From positions 47,308,001-47,372,000 of the forward strand of contig NC_086108.1 of assembly GCF_963921235.1 (NCBI RefSeq): DNA of 64,000 nucleotides, in the 5' to 3' direction. This document shows positions 14,135-26,400 of the stretch, piece by piece (position 1 is the stretch's first letter; each line of letters begins with the position of its first letter). The translations under genes and the position numbers were made by a program. The notes beneath the pieces are model-generated. The model saw nothing but the letters and a program-made list of their open reading frames with translations. It did no database searches and was not told where the DNA came from. The DNA comes from Mobula hypostoma (lineage: Eukaryota).

Positions 14135-15459
14135 CTACAAGAGGAAATTACAGGTTCATAGTTCAATTGACAATTTTGTTCATTTTCTGAGCTCATTCCA
14201 TGACAAGAACTATCAGCAGACCCTAGAGAACTATATGAAGAAAGCTGCACTGTCCTTTACTAATTTCATCATATTAGCTATTAAAAATGAGGAGTGGCCT
14301 CTAAAGTCTTATAGTAGCAAGCCTGCAGGTGGTGCCAAGAGCACATTAGATTAATTACAATGACTCAGTACCATGAATTGCCCCAAATGTTGCCTGATAG
14401 GTATTAATAAGACACCATTCCCTTATATTTTTACTCAACAATCATTTGAATTATATTTCATGTTGTGATTGATTTTTGTTTTATTGTTCCCACCACCGTT
14501 CCACTTGAGACACCTGAATAAATTCTTGAAAATAATGGAATAGCACGTCAGTGTTGGTACACAAAGTCCCATCCATGTAGAATCTAACATGATGAACCTT
14601 CCTGCCAAGGCCACCATCTCCATTACAGCTACAGAAGAGGATGTTCTTTTGCATATCCAGATTTTGTTCTCTGATCACAACTTGACTTCCATCACACTGA
14701 GTATATTCACGTCATTGAATACTGTCACCAACTGGCAGCTGAAATTACCCAAGTGCATCAAAAGTCAATCAGCAATTATTCCTCGTGACTCCTAAGTGAA
14801 GCAGCTTAATCCAGTTGAGGCACTTTAAACCTCAACTACTCACCAACCTCAGCCCTACACCAACATTGCTACTATCATCCATTTGTCAGCCCCACTCTCT
14901 CACCAATTCCACTGCACCAGAATGGCAGGTTGGGTACTTCTGTGCTGATGGAAAAATGTTACCTAAAGCCCAGAGAGCCTCGCCATCCACCCAACTTGCA
15001 TAAAGCTGCTCCTCCATTCAGACTCTTCCGAACCAAGACCAAATTCAGGCCTGACCTACCATTAGTTCAACACTACCAAGCTGCAATCAGCTCAATTGCA
15101 TTCACCACCAACCCCACCCCACCCCCTGTCAATGTCAGGCTAGAGAGAGAATAAAAATCAGTTACTTTGTGTAAGTTTGAATTAGAATCTGCACAATTGC
15201 TGATGCCCAGGGTCTGAGTTCTCAGTTATATAACAAGATTTTAAGTCTAAGATTAACTCAACTGATTTTGTAACCCGTTATCCCCTGTACAGTATGTCAT
15301 ATTTACCTCAAACAATAAGATACACCAATCATACTTAATATCTATTCATTGTACTACAAAATGCATCATGGTTTCAATGGGCTGAAGAACATCTGAGAAC
15401 ACAGCTAAAGTTGCAGGAACACAGTAAGTGACATCCTTTAACGCTCATTATTGACTTAC

Positions 15460-15575
15460 CAGCACTTTGTCACCATGATTCATTTCCCAGGACCCATAGT
15501 GACCTTTTTCCTGCCTGAAGAATTGAATAGCTTGTGAAAATACTTGGGCTTCAACTGAATTTTGCTTTGCAAATT
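15460..15575 (-). CDS. NIBAN1: NIBAN1 coding exon ~6
   Basis: tttttattcag|(E)FAKQNSVEAQVFSQAIQFFRQEKGHYGSWEMNHGDKVL|gtaagt; 116 nt, phase 1-0; FFRQEKGHYGSWEM matches NIBAN1. Confidence 0.95.
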
Positions 15576-15719
15576 CTGAATAAAAATAAGAGAGAAAGTT
15601 ATGTAAATTATGTGATCAATGACGTTGGATAAATATTTCTATATTTAGACAACATGAGTTGGCAGGGGCCTGTATATCTGACAACCAGGCAAATCACCAG
15701 CAGATTATATCAGAAGTGG

Positions 15720-15905
15720 ATGGCACAGTAGCTCAGCAGGTAGAGCTGCTACTTCGTAACTATGGTGACCCAGGGTAAATCCTGATCTCCTGCTCTATTT
15801 GTGTGATGTTTACGTGATTTCCCTGTGTCCCCATTGGTTTCCCCAGATCCTTCAGTTTTCTTCAACCTCCTAAAGCCTTGCGGTAAGTATTGGCTACTGC
15901 AAATC
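15720..15905 (+). mobile_element. Decayed V-SINE
   Basis: tggcacagtagctcagcagg head and degenerate V core. Confidence 0.55.
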
Positions 15906-16334
15906 ATCTTTGGCTTGTGCATGGAGGATTGGGGTGGAGGGGGGAGTTGATTGGTGCTCGAGACGGGGTAGTTTACAGGGAAGTAAATGAAGCAAGGGGA
16001 TTGACAGGAATCCCCTCCCCCAGATCATTAGAAAATATGTGGCTTTTCAAAGGGAAGGAATTAACATTTAGGACAGAAGGCAATCTAAAGCTGTACAACC
16101 CACACAAAACGCTGGAGGAACTCAATGGGTCAGGCAACATCTATGGAAGGAAACAAAATGCTTTTCTGAACTTTGGAAGTTGGAAATGGAATTGCCAGAC
16201 AATTGAAACCCATGCCTCTACTGGAGGTAGGGAAAGGACGGTAGGGTAAAAGAACCATGGTGGACAAAGGATGTAGAAAATCTCACTAAGAAGGAAAGTA
16301 AAGCTTACAAAAGGTTCAGAAAACTAGGCACTCC

Positions 16335-18090
16335 TTTGGCTTTGGTATTCACTAATACTGTAATCAAAGATCTCCCTTTTTTCATTTATTCCGTGGCACT
16401 AGGCAGGGTTGCCCTCTTAGTCCACTACTATTTGATATTGCTTTGGAACCGTTAGCTATTGCTATTCGTGACTCTCTTAATATATTTGGTATTACCCGTG
16501 GAAATGAGACACATAAATTATCACTATATGCAGATGATCTACTATTATATATTTCTAACCCGGGGAAATCCATTCCAGCAGTATTAACTCTGCTTGTTCA
16601 GTTCAGTAGTTTTTCTGGTTACAAATTGAATCTGGGTGAGAATGAACTTTTTCAATTAAATATGCAGGTTCCCATTTGTAGATGTTCACCATTCAGATTG
16701 ATTACTGACTATTTTACTTATTTGGGAGTTAAGATTGCTAAGAGACATAAGGACCTATTCAAGCTCAATCTTTTACCATTAATTAGTCAGGTTAAACACC
16801 AGATTACTAAGTGATCCCCATTGTCTCTATCACTGATTGGCTGAACTAATGCTATTAAAATGATTATTCTACCTAAACTTTTATATCTGCTCCAAGCAAT
16901 ACCAATTTTTATTCCTAAATCTTTTTTTGATACTATTGATTCTAAAATTTCCTCCTATATATGGCAGAATAAAAATCCCAGGTTAAGTAAAAAATATTTA
17001 CATAAGTCCAAGAAAGATGGTGGTTTAGCATTGCCAAATCTAAGATTCTATTATTGGGCAATTAATATTCAATATTTAATATTTTGGACACGATTGGAAT
17101 ATAATTCCAAGTCCACATTGGGTAAACCTTGAAGGCCACTCTGTACAAGGGTTCTCTTTGGCTTCCATTTTAGGAACCACTTCCTTTTGTATTATCTAAA
17201 TTGAATAAACAAATAGTTAATACAATAATTAAACATACATTACGAATATAGTTTCAATTTCATAAATTTTTTGGTTTGAACAAATTTATATTATCAAGCC
17301 CTATTATATCTAATTTTTTTTCAACCCTTGGTTATGGACCAAGCCTTTTTGATATGGAAAATGAAAGGTATAACATGTTTCCGTGACTTATTTCTGAATA
17401 ACTGTTTCCTGTCTTTTGAACAGTTATCTAATAAATCTAATTTACCCAGATCCCATTTTTTTAGATATCTACAAATAAGAAACTTTTTAAATACCACGCT
17501 GCCTATCTTCCCGATTTCACACCCTACTGATATCATCGATAAAATTTTAGGGTTAAATCCCTTTCAGAAGGGATTAATAGCAACTATTTATGATATCTGA
17601 TCATAATATACAGGTATATCTGATAAAATTAAAAATGAATGGAAAAGGGAACTTCAACTTTGCCTACCTATAGAGAAATGGGATAACATTTTTCAATTAG
17701 TTAGTTCTTCATCTATATGTGCCAAACATACGCTAATACAATTTAAAGTAGTGCATAGGACCCTATGTCTGAAGATAAATTAGCTCGTTTTTATTCCCAT
17801 ATAAACCCTATTTGTGACAAATGTCACTCTGAGGTGGCTTCCTTGACTCATATGTTTTGGTCCTGCCCTCTCTTGGAAAAATTCTGGAAAGATATTTTTG
17901 ATATTATTTCAACAGTTTTGTGCTTTGTCTTACAACCCCATCCTATTACAGCAATCTTTGGTTTGCCAATAATGGAACATAGATTTTTATCCTCTTCAGC
18001 CTGTCGGATGATCGCATTTGTTACTTTAATGGCCAGAAGATCCATTTTATTGAACTGGAAGGAGACCAGCCCCACTACCACATTTCAATG
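16335..18090 (+). mobile_element. L1-clade LINE ORF2 fragment (RT plus C-terminal zinc finger), decayed
   Basis: RGTRQGCPLSPLLF, KLSLYADDLLLY, FSSFSGYKLN, GGLALPNLRFYYWA and CDKCHSEVASLTHMFWSC motifs, with stops and frameshifts; both ends missing. Confidence 0.9.
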
Positions 18091-18124
18091 GTAAGAATCT
18101 TGGCACTATGCAGGATCAGAGAGA

Positions 18125-19451
18125 TCTTGAGGTCGAACTTCACTCCTGGCTTGGTAGGCTTCACAAGCCCTGAAATGTCAAGCAAAGGGGCCTCCTGCTG
18201 TTCATTAGAGTAAGTGCTTGCTAGGTGATCCTCAAGTTCTTGTTGAGAGATGTTAAGCTGCCCGCTCTTACTTTGTTCAAACAGATTCTTTGTGAACTCG
18301 TGAGGGTTCTCAAAGAACGACTTTCTTGCCTTCTCTCTCTTCTTTCTCTTTTTACGTTGTGACTCTGCACGACGGAGTGATGCTAATTTTATTCGAAAAT
18401 GCTCTCGGAGATCAGCAAGCCCTGGCTTGTCACCCTCACTTGCCACCTTCCACCTCTGTCTCAATTATCTAAGCTCTCTCCTCAACCTAATAATCTCCTT
18501 TTGGCGCCTGCTTGGTTGCTGTGTAGGCTTTGTTTTCTTCAACTTAACCAAACCAAACCTGTACTATCCAACGTCGTAAATCATATCGCACATCACTTCC
18601 AACTTTCTCTTTGATGTTCCCCTGAGCGTGTTCTCCAACATCATACTGATATCCTCAGCAAACACACGCCAAGCCTTCTTATCTGCCATTGCTGGCCACT
18701 TGACCTTCCTCTTCTTCTCTACCTCCTCGCCACCGCCATCATGCGAAGAATCTACCTGGGTACTGTGGTCTGAAACCTGACCTGGGTTATCTCTCGTCTG
18801 ACCTGGAGTATGATGACGCTTTCCAGTGCAAATCGTTGTGGCTTGTGAATCAGTGGTTGAAAAGACCACATCATCTGTGCTTGGTGAAGAAATCTCATCT
18901 TCATCCACTGGGATGGAATAGCACTTCAACTTTGCTTGGTGGACTCGTAAACCTTTAATGCTGGAAAACGCTCTCCCACACCAACACACTGGACACTCAG
19001 AGCCTCTTAGCCTAGCTCTTGGTCGTAGACGTTCCCTGTAATTAACTGTATTTCTCCGATTGGGTCCATCATTCTCCCTCCCTCTCGGAGGACCCCGAGG
19101 GTATGTTTCTCTGTATAAACTAGAAGCTTCAAGAGGTGGGTGCTCTTCTGAGCTGGTGCCCGGACTGCCAATCCTGACACCCCCGGTGCCAGTCTTTCCT
19201 GGCTGTCCGCTGTCTCTCCACGCTGTCACCGGACTATTCCCGGTTGCCAGCCAGACTATTCCTGGTAGTCACTGGTGTCCAGAACAAAAGAGTTACAAAA
19301 TACACATGGACTAAGATGTTAACTGTCCTGTGCTATCACCAGTGGGATCATCAGTTGATCTGCCACCTGTCTTCAGGAGTTTTGGCCCGCTTATGATCAA
19401 GACTTCTTCGAGGTGGTGGGTCAGCAGTGCTAAAGCACCACCTCCCACTGG
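18125..19451 (-). mobile_element. HERO-like (R2-group) non-LTR retrotransposon, N-terminal ORF part plus upstream leader
   Basis: One frame 19229-18125 with two in-frame stops (TAG at 18564-18566, TAA at 18465-18467). N-terminal zinc finger CWCGRAFSSIKGLRVHQAKLKC, then VKWPAM..KKAW, LRRAESQRKKRKKREKARKSFFENP, KSGQL; no RT domain retained. Confidence 0.8.
19339..19451 (-). ncRNA. Candidate permuted hammerhead-like ribozyme (this copy has G12->A)
   Basis: Minus strand order: gaaGTC-ttgatc ... gggcc-aAAA-ctcct ... gatcaa-CTGATGA-tccc; stem I ttgatc/gatcaa perfect, stem III 5 of 6 pairs, 9-bp closing stem ccagtggga/tcccactgg. Confidence 0.55.
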
Positions 19452-19878
19452 ATTGGAGAGTGTGCCTTATGAGAATAGGTTGAGTGAACTTGGCCTTTTC
19501 TCCTTGGAGGATGAGAAGTGACCTGATAGAGTTGTATAAGATGATGAGAGGCACTGATTGTGTGGATAGCCAGAGGCTTTTTCCCAGGGCTGAAATGGCT
19601 AACACGAGGGGGCATAGTTTTAAGGTGTTTGGAAGTAGGTACAGGGGGGATGTCAGAGGTAAGGTTTTCACACAGAGAGTGGTGGGTGTGTGGAATGCAC
19701 TGCCAGTGATGGTGGTGGAAGCAGATACAATAGGGTCTATTAAGAGACTCGTAGATAGGTACACGGAGCTTAGAAAAATTGAGGGCTATGCAGTAGGGAA
19801 ATTCTTGAGTAGGTTTCGTGTTCGGCACAACATTGTGTGCTGTAAAGTGCCATAGATTTCTATGTTTTATGTTCTGTA
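19448..19878 (+). mobile_element. CR1 LINE 3' fragment
   Basis: YENRLSELGLFSL, DLIELYKMMRG, FTQRVVGVWNALP; tttctatg-type tail. Confidence 0.9.
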
Positions 19879-21197
19879 CTTCCTGATCACATTTTCTCGA
19901 ATGAAGTAGAAATGTTCCTTCCTTTTAAATTGCCAATGGGAATAAAAGGCCTTGTTTGTCTGATACATTTATCAGCTGAGTCACACTATGAGTATATATT
20001 CTAAATATTGAAACATATCTTACAATTGTGGATAAGATTGCTAATGCACGCTTATGCCATTTCACTTTTTCATTAGTCGTCCCCTAAATGACAGAAAATC
20101 AGACATTTTTAATATGGTCATAATAATTTGATTGGATGCTCAACTGAAAAGCCCGGGTTCCAAGCATGCTCAGATAAATCTTAAATGATTCACTTATGCA
20201 GCTTAGGCTAATCAAATGTAAGATTACTAAATAGAGGCTGCCCAGAGAAGAAAGTATAATTTATTACTCAGGATATCAGTTACCATTGTAACTCAAAGAC
20301 AGTGTCGTGCATGACCCATGAATATCGTATATGCATATCTCTTTTGACTAATACACTTAACTTCAGAATGTCATCAATTTGAAACCTAAAATACAACATA
20401 AAGTAAACATTTTAAAGTACTTACATTTCTTACATACGTAACACCCTCAACAATCCATACAACACAAAACTTCCGTCATGGCAAAAATAATCCAACTAGA
20501 TTTTAAGATGAAAACAATATGATGCTTTCAGCTATATTTCTTCACAAATTGTGAGCCTTCACCTTTCAATATTCATTGACTGCTCAAAATAGGAAGAGGA
20601 ATGGGTATCCCAAATTAGAATGAGTGACATTCCTCTCATCCTAACCCGCTGCATATTCACAACTGTACACCCACAGTACTTGGCTCAACTCAACCTCACT
20701 CATGTTTATACCTATCCTCATCTCATCTCATGTCATCAGCAGGACTATTTATCATAAGACCATCTCAACTTTTCTCAGAAGCAATTTATTCATTAAACGA
20801 CATCACATTATTCCCATTTGGCTTGGATCAGCAAAACAAAAATATAATTGAGATATTCCATAATGGACAGGAAACGGTGTTAAAAGTGGAATTGGCACAC
20901 ACGCACACAGCAATTACTTCAGCCACAGCTTACTGCACACACACTCGTCATTCATGGGTGGTATCATCTCAATGTCAAAAATGTGCAATTCTTTCTCAGT
21001 TGTGCTTAACACCTTGCACAAAACTTGTAGCAGTGGCCCTGGGACCATACCAGTCATATTGGCGTTCCATGACCACACCGTCCCAGCAAACCCATTCGAG
21101 TGCACAAGAAGTTCTAACCATGTATATATGAAGATCTCTGACTCAGGCAACCCGTAGATTCACTACCCTATAGAATTAATATCTCCATTAGACCCAG

Positions 21198-21786
21198 TTT
21201 AAGATGGTGCTGGTGCAGCTCAGTGACTAATTATCAGTGGCGAACAAAACAAAGGAAACAACTAAATACTTTATTAATAACACTTTTCCTGGTAAACAAG
21301 CACCACAAATAACAGCCTGTACTTCCCTTTGGACTTGAAAGTGAAGCAAGCAGAGGCGCGGCAGCAGCGAGGCAGAGCCTGGGCCCGTCTCCGAGAGTGA
21401 GGAAAGACCAGAAACTCAATCGATTTAAGCACTGGCCCGAATTGGAAAAGTTAGGCACAGGCCCCCCCCCCAGAGCCCGGATCCGAGAGTGAGGAACGAC
21501 TCGATGCTTGGACGATTCAAGGCGGATTGAAAAGGTCAGGGCGTTGGGGCTGAAGGCAAGGGACAGGCCGATTCAGCTCACTGCTCTGTGACATTTGCTT
21601 GGCTCTGCGCTGAACTGAGGCTTCATGTCTGTGGCTGGACTTTCTTTAGTCAACTTTACTTCTGAAAGCTATTTGCTTGCTTTTATTGTTTGCACGAATC
21701 TTTTTTTCTGTGCACATTGGATGTTTGATGGTCTTTTTTTTCAACGGGTTCTTTTTTGGGTTTCTTTATTTTGTGGCTGCATGTCT
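21198..21786 (+). mobile_element. Probable non-autonomous retroposon with CpG-rich body
   Basis: Starts aagatggtgc; internal repeat ccgagagtgaggaa x2; 3' part resembles the Rex/Babar-type 3' UTR seen elsewhere. Confidence 0.45.
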
Positions 21787-22296
21787 ATGTCATACTACAG
21801 GAGTGTCTGCTGCAGTCACTGAGGGAAGGAGGGAGAAGGCATCTTGTTTCCACCCCATTTTTATGGGGTCTGGGATTGCTAGTGAGCCCATTGTGGAGGC
21901 CACCAACTCTCCACAGATGGGCCGGGCTAGAAGACGGCTCATGGTTGGTTGCCGTGTGCCCAGCTCCTTCCACCAACACTCATGCAGAACATCTGTGTGT
22001 TTCTGATGCTGTGAGATCAGGGCTCTCAGCAACGTGTGCTGCTCCACCTTGGCCAGTCATGGGCCAGAGGTCCCCAGAAGTCAAGGGGAAATGGATTTCC
22101 TCAGGGAGGATGGAAGATACCCTTGAATGTTCCACCTGCTAACAGGGCTCGGCATGTCTGTTTGCAGCACTGTGGCAAAAAAGAATGGAGCAAGTGTCAT
22201 GTTTGATACCAGTTTTCACTCAGAGTGGTTCAGTTGTCAATCCATTTTCTATCCCACTATTATCAGACCTTCTGTACAATAAGATGGACTACTGAC

Positions 22297-23101
22297 CAAC
22301 GTTCCCCCTGAGGTGTGCACGTGCACACAGCTTTTGCTACTAGCACACAAAGGAATTTAAACTGAGCACAAAAGGTTGTCACCCTCTACCTCGTTGGCAT
22401 GTTAAGTATATTTCATGATCATACACAATCACATTTCCTTTTCCGGTTTCTGATGCGGACAGTGTTGACAATGTGGAGTTTCTGATGATTTGTCTGCAGA
22501 TTTTAGAACTGGCTTATTTATACTGTTTTTATTGAAGAAATTATTGATTCACTATGGTGAATTCCAAAGAAGCAAAGAGCGTGGTGCGCAAAAGAACTGC
22601 TAGTTCATTTAAAGTGAATGGCTTAATAAAACAGTAGAAACTGCTACACCGAAAGCTCATGAGGTCAGGAACATGCAGCTACGAGAAATATTTATGTACA
22701 ATACAAAAACTGGTGTTACCTGCATGTATTGCTGCAATGCAAAAGTTGCTGGAGAACTTGCAAATAGGAAGAAATGTAGCGATATTTGGGAACTTGACTT
22801 TTTAAAGTGTCATTTAACATGCAAATCACATATGGACAATGTGCAAAAGCTCTGGCGAGGAAATCCTTCATTACCCGCTACAAGCCTGCTGCATATGTTT
22901 TGTGAGAGTGCAGATGAATGAGAGTGAGAACGATTAAACCCAGAGGAGATTAAAGTTCATATTGACAGTGTTTTGCCAGCTGTTAAAATTAACACCTCTA
23001 TACATAAAGTTCATTGTGCACATGTTCTTGTCACTTGGCAACAAATTACACAACACAAGATTTTTGTGCACACTGATGATTACAAATTAGAGAGAACATT
23101 G
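22297..23101 (+). mobile_element. Non-autonomous hAT DNA transposon, 805 bp
   Basis: Terminal inverted repeats caacgttccccctga / ttagagagaacattg; 8-bp TSD ctactgac (22289-22296) / ctcctgac (23102-23109); zinc-finger-like remnant CMYCC...LKCHLTCKSH. Confidence 0.85.
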
Positions 23102-23639
23102 CTCCTGACCTCACACTCCACTGTATCTCGTTATGATCTTGCACTTTATTGATTACCTGCATTGCACTTTCTCTGCAGCTGTTACTCTTTATTCTGCATT
23201 GTTACTGCTCTACTTTGTTCTACCTCAATGCACTGTGTAATGATTTGATCTGCGTGAACAGTACACAAGATTTCCACTGTATCTTGGTACACATGAGAAT
23301 AAATAACCAATACCAGTAGCACATGATTTTCCCGATGTGAAAACTCCCAAACAACATGGCCTTTATCAATCTAACCAGAGCCGTTAACTCCATAAATTAG
23401 GAGGCACTGTAGGAATCCCTCCTCGAATTCTTGCTCCATCAAAGTGGAGCAGTAGTACTGTAAACGCAGCGGCCAACCATCGTTACTGAGTGGAGACCAA
23501 ACGCAGAAAGTAAATCCACTTTCAGAAGGACCAAAGCAGTTTGAGCACAAGGTCTCACCTTCACACTTCTGACCAAGTGATGAAATTTCTATGAGCACTA
23601 ATCCGCACATGTTAAAAGTGGACAGTATGCAGATAATTC

Positions 23640-23978
23640 ACCTGTACCACATCCCAATTACTTCTGGGTGTGGCTCCGGTGGACTGCCTGTCTCACAATA
23701 GATCTACTCTTCATTCTGGTGGCCCTTTCACCTCTTCTCTTCCCATCCTCATGACGTACCCATCAACTCCCTCTGGTTCCCCACCTCCTTCCCTTTATTC
23801 CATGGAACACTGACATCTCCATTATTCCAATAAGATTCCTTCTTATTCATCCCTTTACTTCTTCCACCTATCACCTCCCAGCTTCTCACATCATCCCCCC
23901 TCCCGTATCTATCCACCTTCCCCCTCACCAATCACCTGCCAGCCCTTGCTCTGTCCCCTACCACCACCTTCTTATTCA
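23640..23978 (+). mobile_element. Penelope-like terminal region, first part (continues at 25555-25680)
   Basis: Pyrimidine-rich tract similar to the reverse complement of 32290-32500; split by Rex/Babar-like copies. Confidence 0.6.
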
Positions 23979-24900
23979 AAGTTCAAAGGGAAGTTATTAT
24001 CAAAGAACATATATGTCACCATATAATAACCTGAGATTCATTTTGCTGCGGGCATTCACAGTAAATACAAAGAAACACAACAGAATCAATGAAAAACACA
24101 CACAAGATGGAGAAACAACCAATGTGCAAAAGACAATAAACTGTGGACTGTAAATACAAATAGGAAAAAAAGTAATAATAATAAATAGAAGGAGGAAGCC
24201 CTTAACTCCGAGTGGAGTCACCAGGACGCCGTCATGACTGTGTTTTTTTAGCCGGCTTTCTTATTTTTGCGAGGCTGAGTTGCTAGCTCGACGCTCAACC
24301 CAGCACGGATGGAAAGCATGCAAGGGAGCTGGTGGATTCGAACTCGGGAGCCTTTGCTCCGAAGTCTGGCGCTGATGCCACTACGCCACCAGCCGGCAAT
24401 AATAATAAATAAGTAAGCAGTAAATATCAAGAGCACAAGATGAAGAGACCTTGAAAGTGAGTCCATAGGTTGTTGGAACAGTTAAGTTTGGGGTGAGTGA
24501 AGTTGAGTGAAACTATTCATCTAGTTCGAGAGCCTGATGGTTGAAGGGTAGTAACTGTTCCTGAACCTGGTGATGTGAGTCCTGAGGCTCCTGTACCTCT
24601 TTCCTGATGGCAGCAGTGAGAAGAGAGCAGGTCCTGGATGTTGGGGTCCTTGATGATGATGGACGCTGCTTTCCTACAACAGTACTCCTTGTAGATGTGC
24701 TCAATGGCGGGTAAGGCTTTACCCCTGATGGACTGGGCCTTATCCACTACTTTTTGGGGGCTTTTCTGTTCAAGGGCATTGGTGGTTTCATAGCAGGCCA
24801 CGATGCAACCAGTCAATATACTCTTTAACACCCATCTATAGAAATTAGTCAAAGTTTTAGTCTACATGCTAAATCATTGGAAACTTCAAAGAAAGTAGAG
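23979..24900 (-). mobile_element. Rex/Babar-like LINE 3' portion, carrying a SINE insertion
   Basis: TNFYRWVLKSILTGCIVACY...QKVVDKAQSIRGKALPAIEHIY...KAASIIIKDP; 3' UTR with tttgaact tail. Confidence 0.75.
24188..24397 (-). mobile_element. Young tRNA-derived SINE, 210 bp
   Basis: A box TGGCGTAGTGG, B box GAGTTCGAATCC; perfect 14-bp TSD aataataataaata at 24174-24187 and 24398-24411. Confidence 0.88.
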
Positions 24901-25554
24901 GTGGACCTCTAATCCCCTGATTAGGTCTGCTTCATGGACCTCCAGTTTCTTCATCCTGGAGTCAATATCAGCTCTTTAGTTTTGTTGATATTGAATGAGA
25001 GATTATTGTTGTGGCACCATTCAACCAGATTTTCAATCTTCTTCCTGATTCTTCACCACCTTTGCATAGCAGGATCTCCACTTCCTGAGGAGATTGAGGA
25101 GAAGGAGATCCCTCCCCCCCACACACAACATTTTAACCAATTTTTACAGAAGCATCATCAAGGTATCCTGGTCAGCTGTATCATCATCTAGTATGGGAAT
25201 GGCAAGGTATTTGACCACAAATCCCTACAAAGGATTATGAGGATTTCAGAGAAGATCAACAATCTCTTTGACCCTCCTACCCTCAGGCAAGAGGTACTGT
25301 AGTGTTAGAATAAGAACTGTTAGGATGGGAAACAGCTTCTAACCCCCTGGCTGTAAGACTACTGAACTTCTTGCTACCACCAAGGTCTTACCATGTATGA
25401 AACACCAGTAGTGTTATACTGCTTACTTTTTAACTTCTATTGTATATGCAGCTTATTATTTGTGATAATATTACTTTATCACAGTGGACTTGAGTGCTAC
25501 TGGATGATAGTCATAGAGGCAGGCTACCATATTCTTTATGCAAACTGCCATAAA

Positions 25555-25680
25555 GTGTTCTAACCCCTTCCTTTCCAATTCTGATGAAGGGTCTTGGCCC
25601 AAAACATTGAATGATTATTTTCCAACATTGATGCTGCCTGATTTGCTAAGTTCCTCCAGCATCTTGTGGGTATTACTGTT
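25555..25680 (+). mobile_element. Penelope-like terminal repeat with decayed minimal hammerhead
   Basis: CTGATGA-agggtcttggccc-aAAAc at 25581-25605, followed by gatgctgcctga...gttcctccagca. Confidence 0.7.
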
Positions 25681-25724
25681 CCTTCCTGCAGGACTACCAC
25701 CTCTCTCTGAAAACCTTGACTCGT

Positions 25725-26400
25725 GCTCCCTACAGGAGAAGGTGGCAGCGCGTGCAGCCTCACCGGTGAATGATATCTGTAATCTATCAAGTAGGGGACC
25801 GTGCACAATTCTGATTTGATGGAGACGGACGTGAGAGTACGGAGGAACATTTGGAAAACTTCTGAAATACCTGCTTCACTGCCGCTGCTACTGTGTGGTA
25901 ACCGGAATCTCTGGAGCAGAAGGCCCCGAATCATCGGCTTTGCGTGTTTCAGCGGCTGGGGAGAGGTCGAAGGCGCTCGGCAGAGGATGGCGCTCGGGAG
26001 GCTGTATCGGAGGGGCTGGTCGGAGGCTTGAAGTTTTCGAACGGACGGACTCAGTGTAGGCTGTGGTCAGCTGCTTCCAAGGCATCGGCAAGTTGACGGT
26101 GCCTGGAGGTTTATGGCAGGGAGTTTCTCCCTTTTGCCGCCTGCTATCGGGGACTTGAGAGTCGATCGACTCGGGGACTTTGAGACTTCTTTTACCATGC
26201 CCATGGTTTGTTCTTCATCAAATTATGGTATTGCTTTGCACTGTTGTAACTATATGTTATAATTATGTGGTTCTGTCAGTGTTAGTCTTTGGTTTGTCCT
26301 GCTTTCTGTGATATCACTCCGGAGAAACATTGTATCATTTCTTAATGCATGTATGCATTTCTAAATGACAATAAAAGAGCACTGAGTGTTCTCATAATCT
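25725..26400 (+). mobile_element. CpG-rich non-autonomous retroposon (LINE-type 3' end)
   Basis: gaaggtggcagcgcg head, CpG-rich body unlike the flanks, AT-rich 3' UTR with aataaa; no coding capacity recognised. Confidence 0.5.

Noticed and set aside
20730..21157. Overlapping 67-133-aa ORFs in a repeat-free stretch
   Set aside because: No recognisable domain or splice support; length is compatible with chance.
24325..24397. Possible tRNA gene
   Set aside because: The tRNA-like head continues into a SINE body with a TSD, and no acceptor stem closes.
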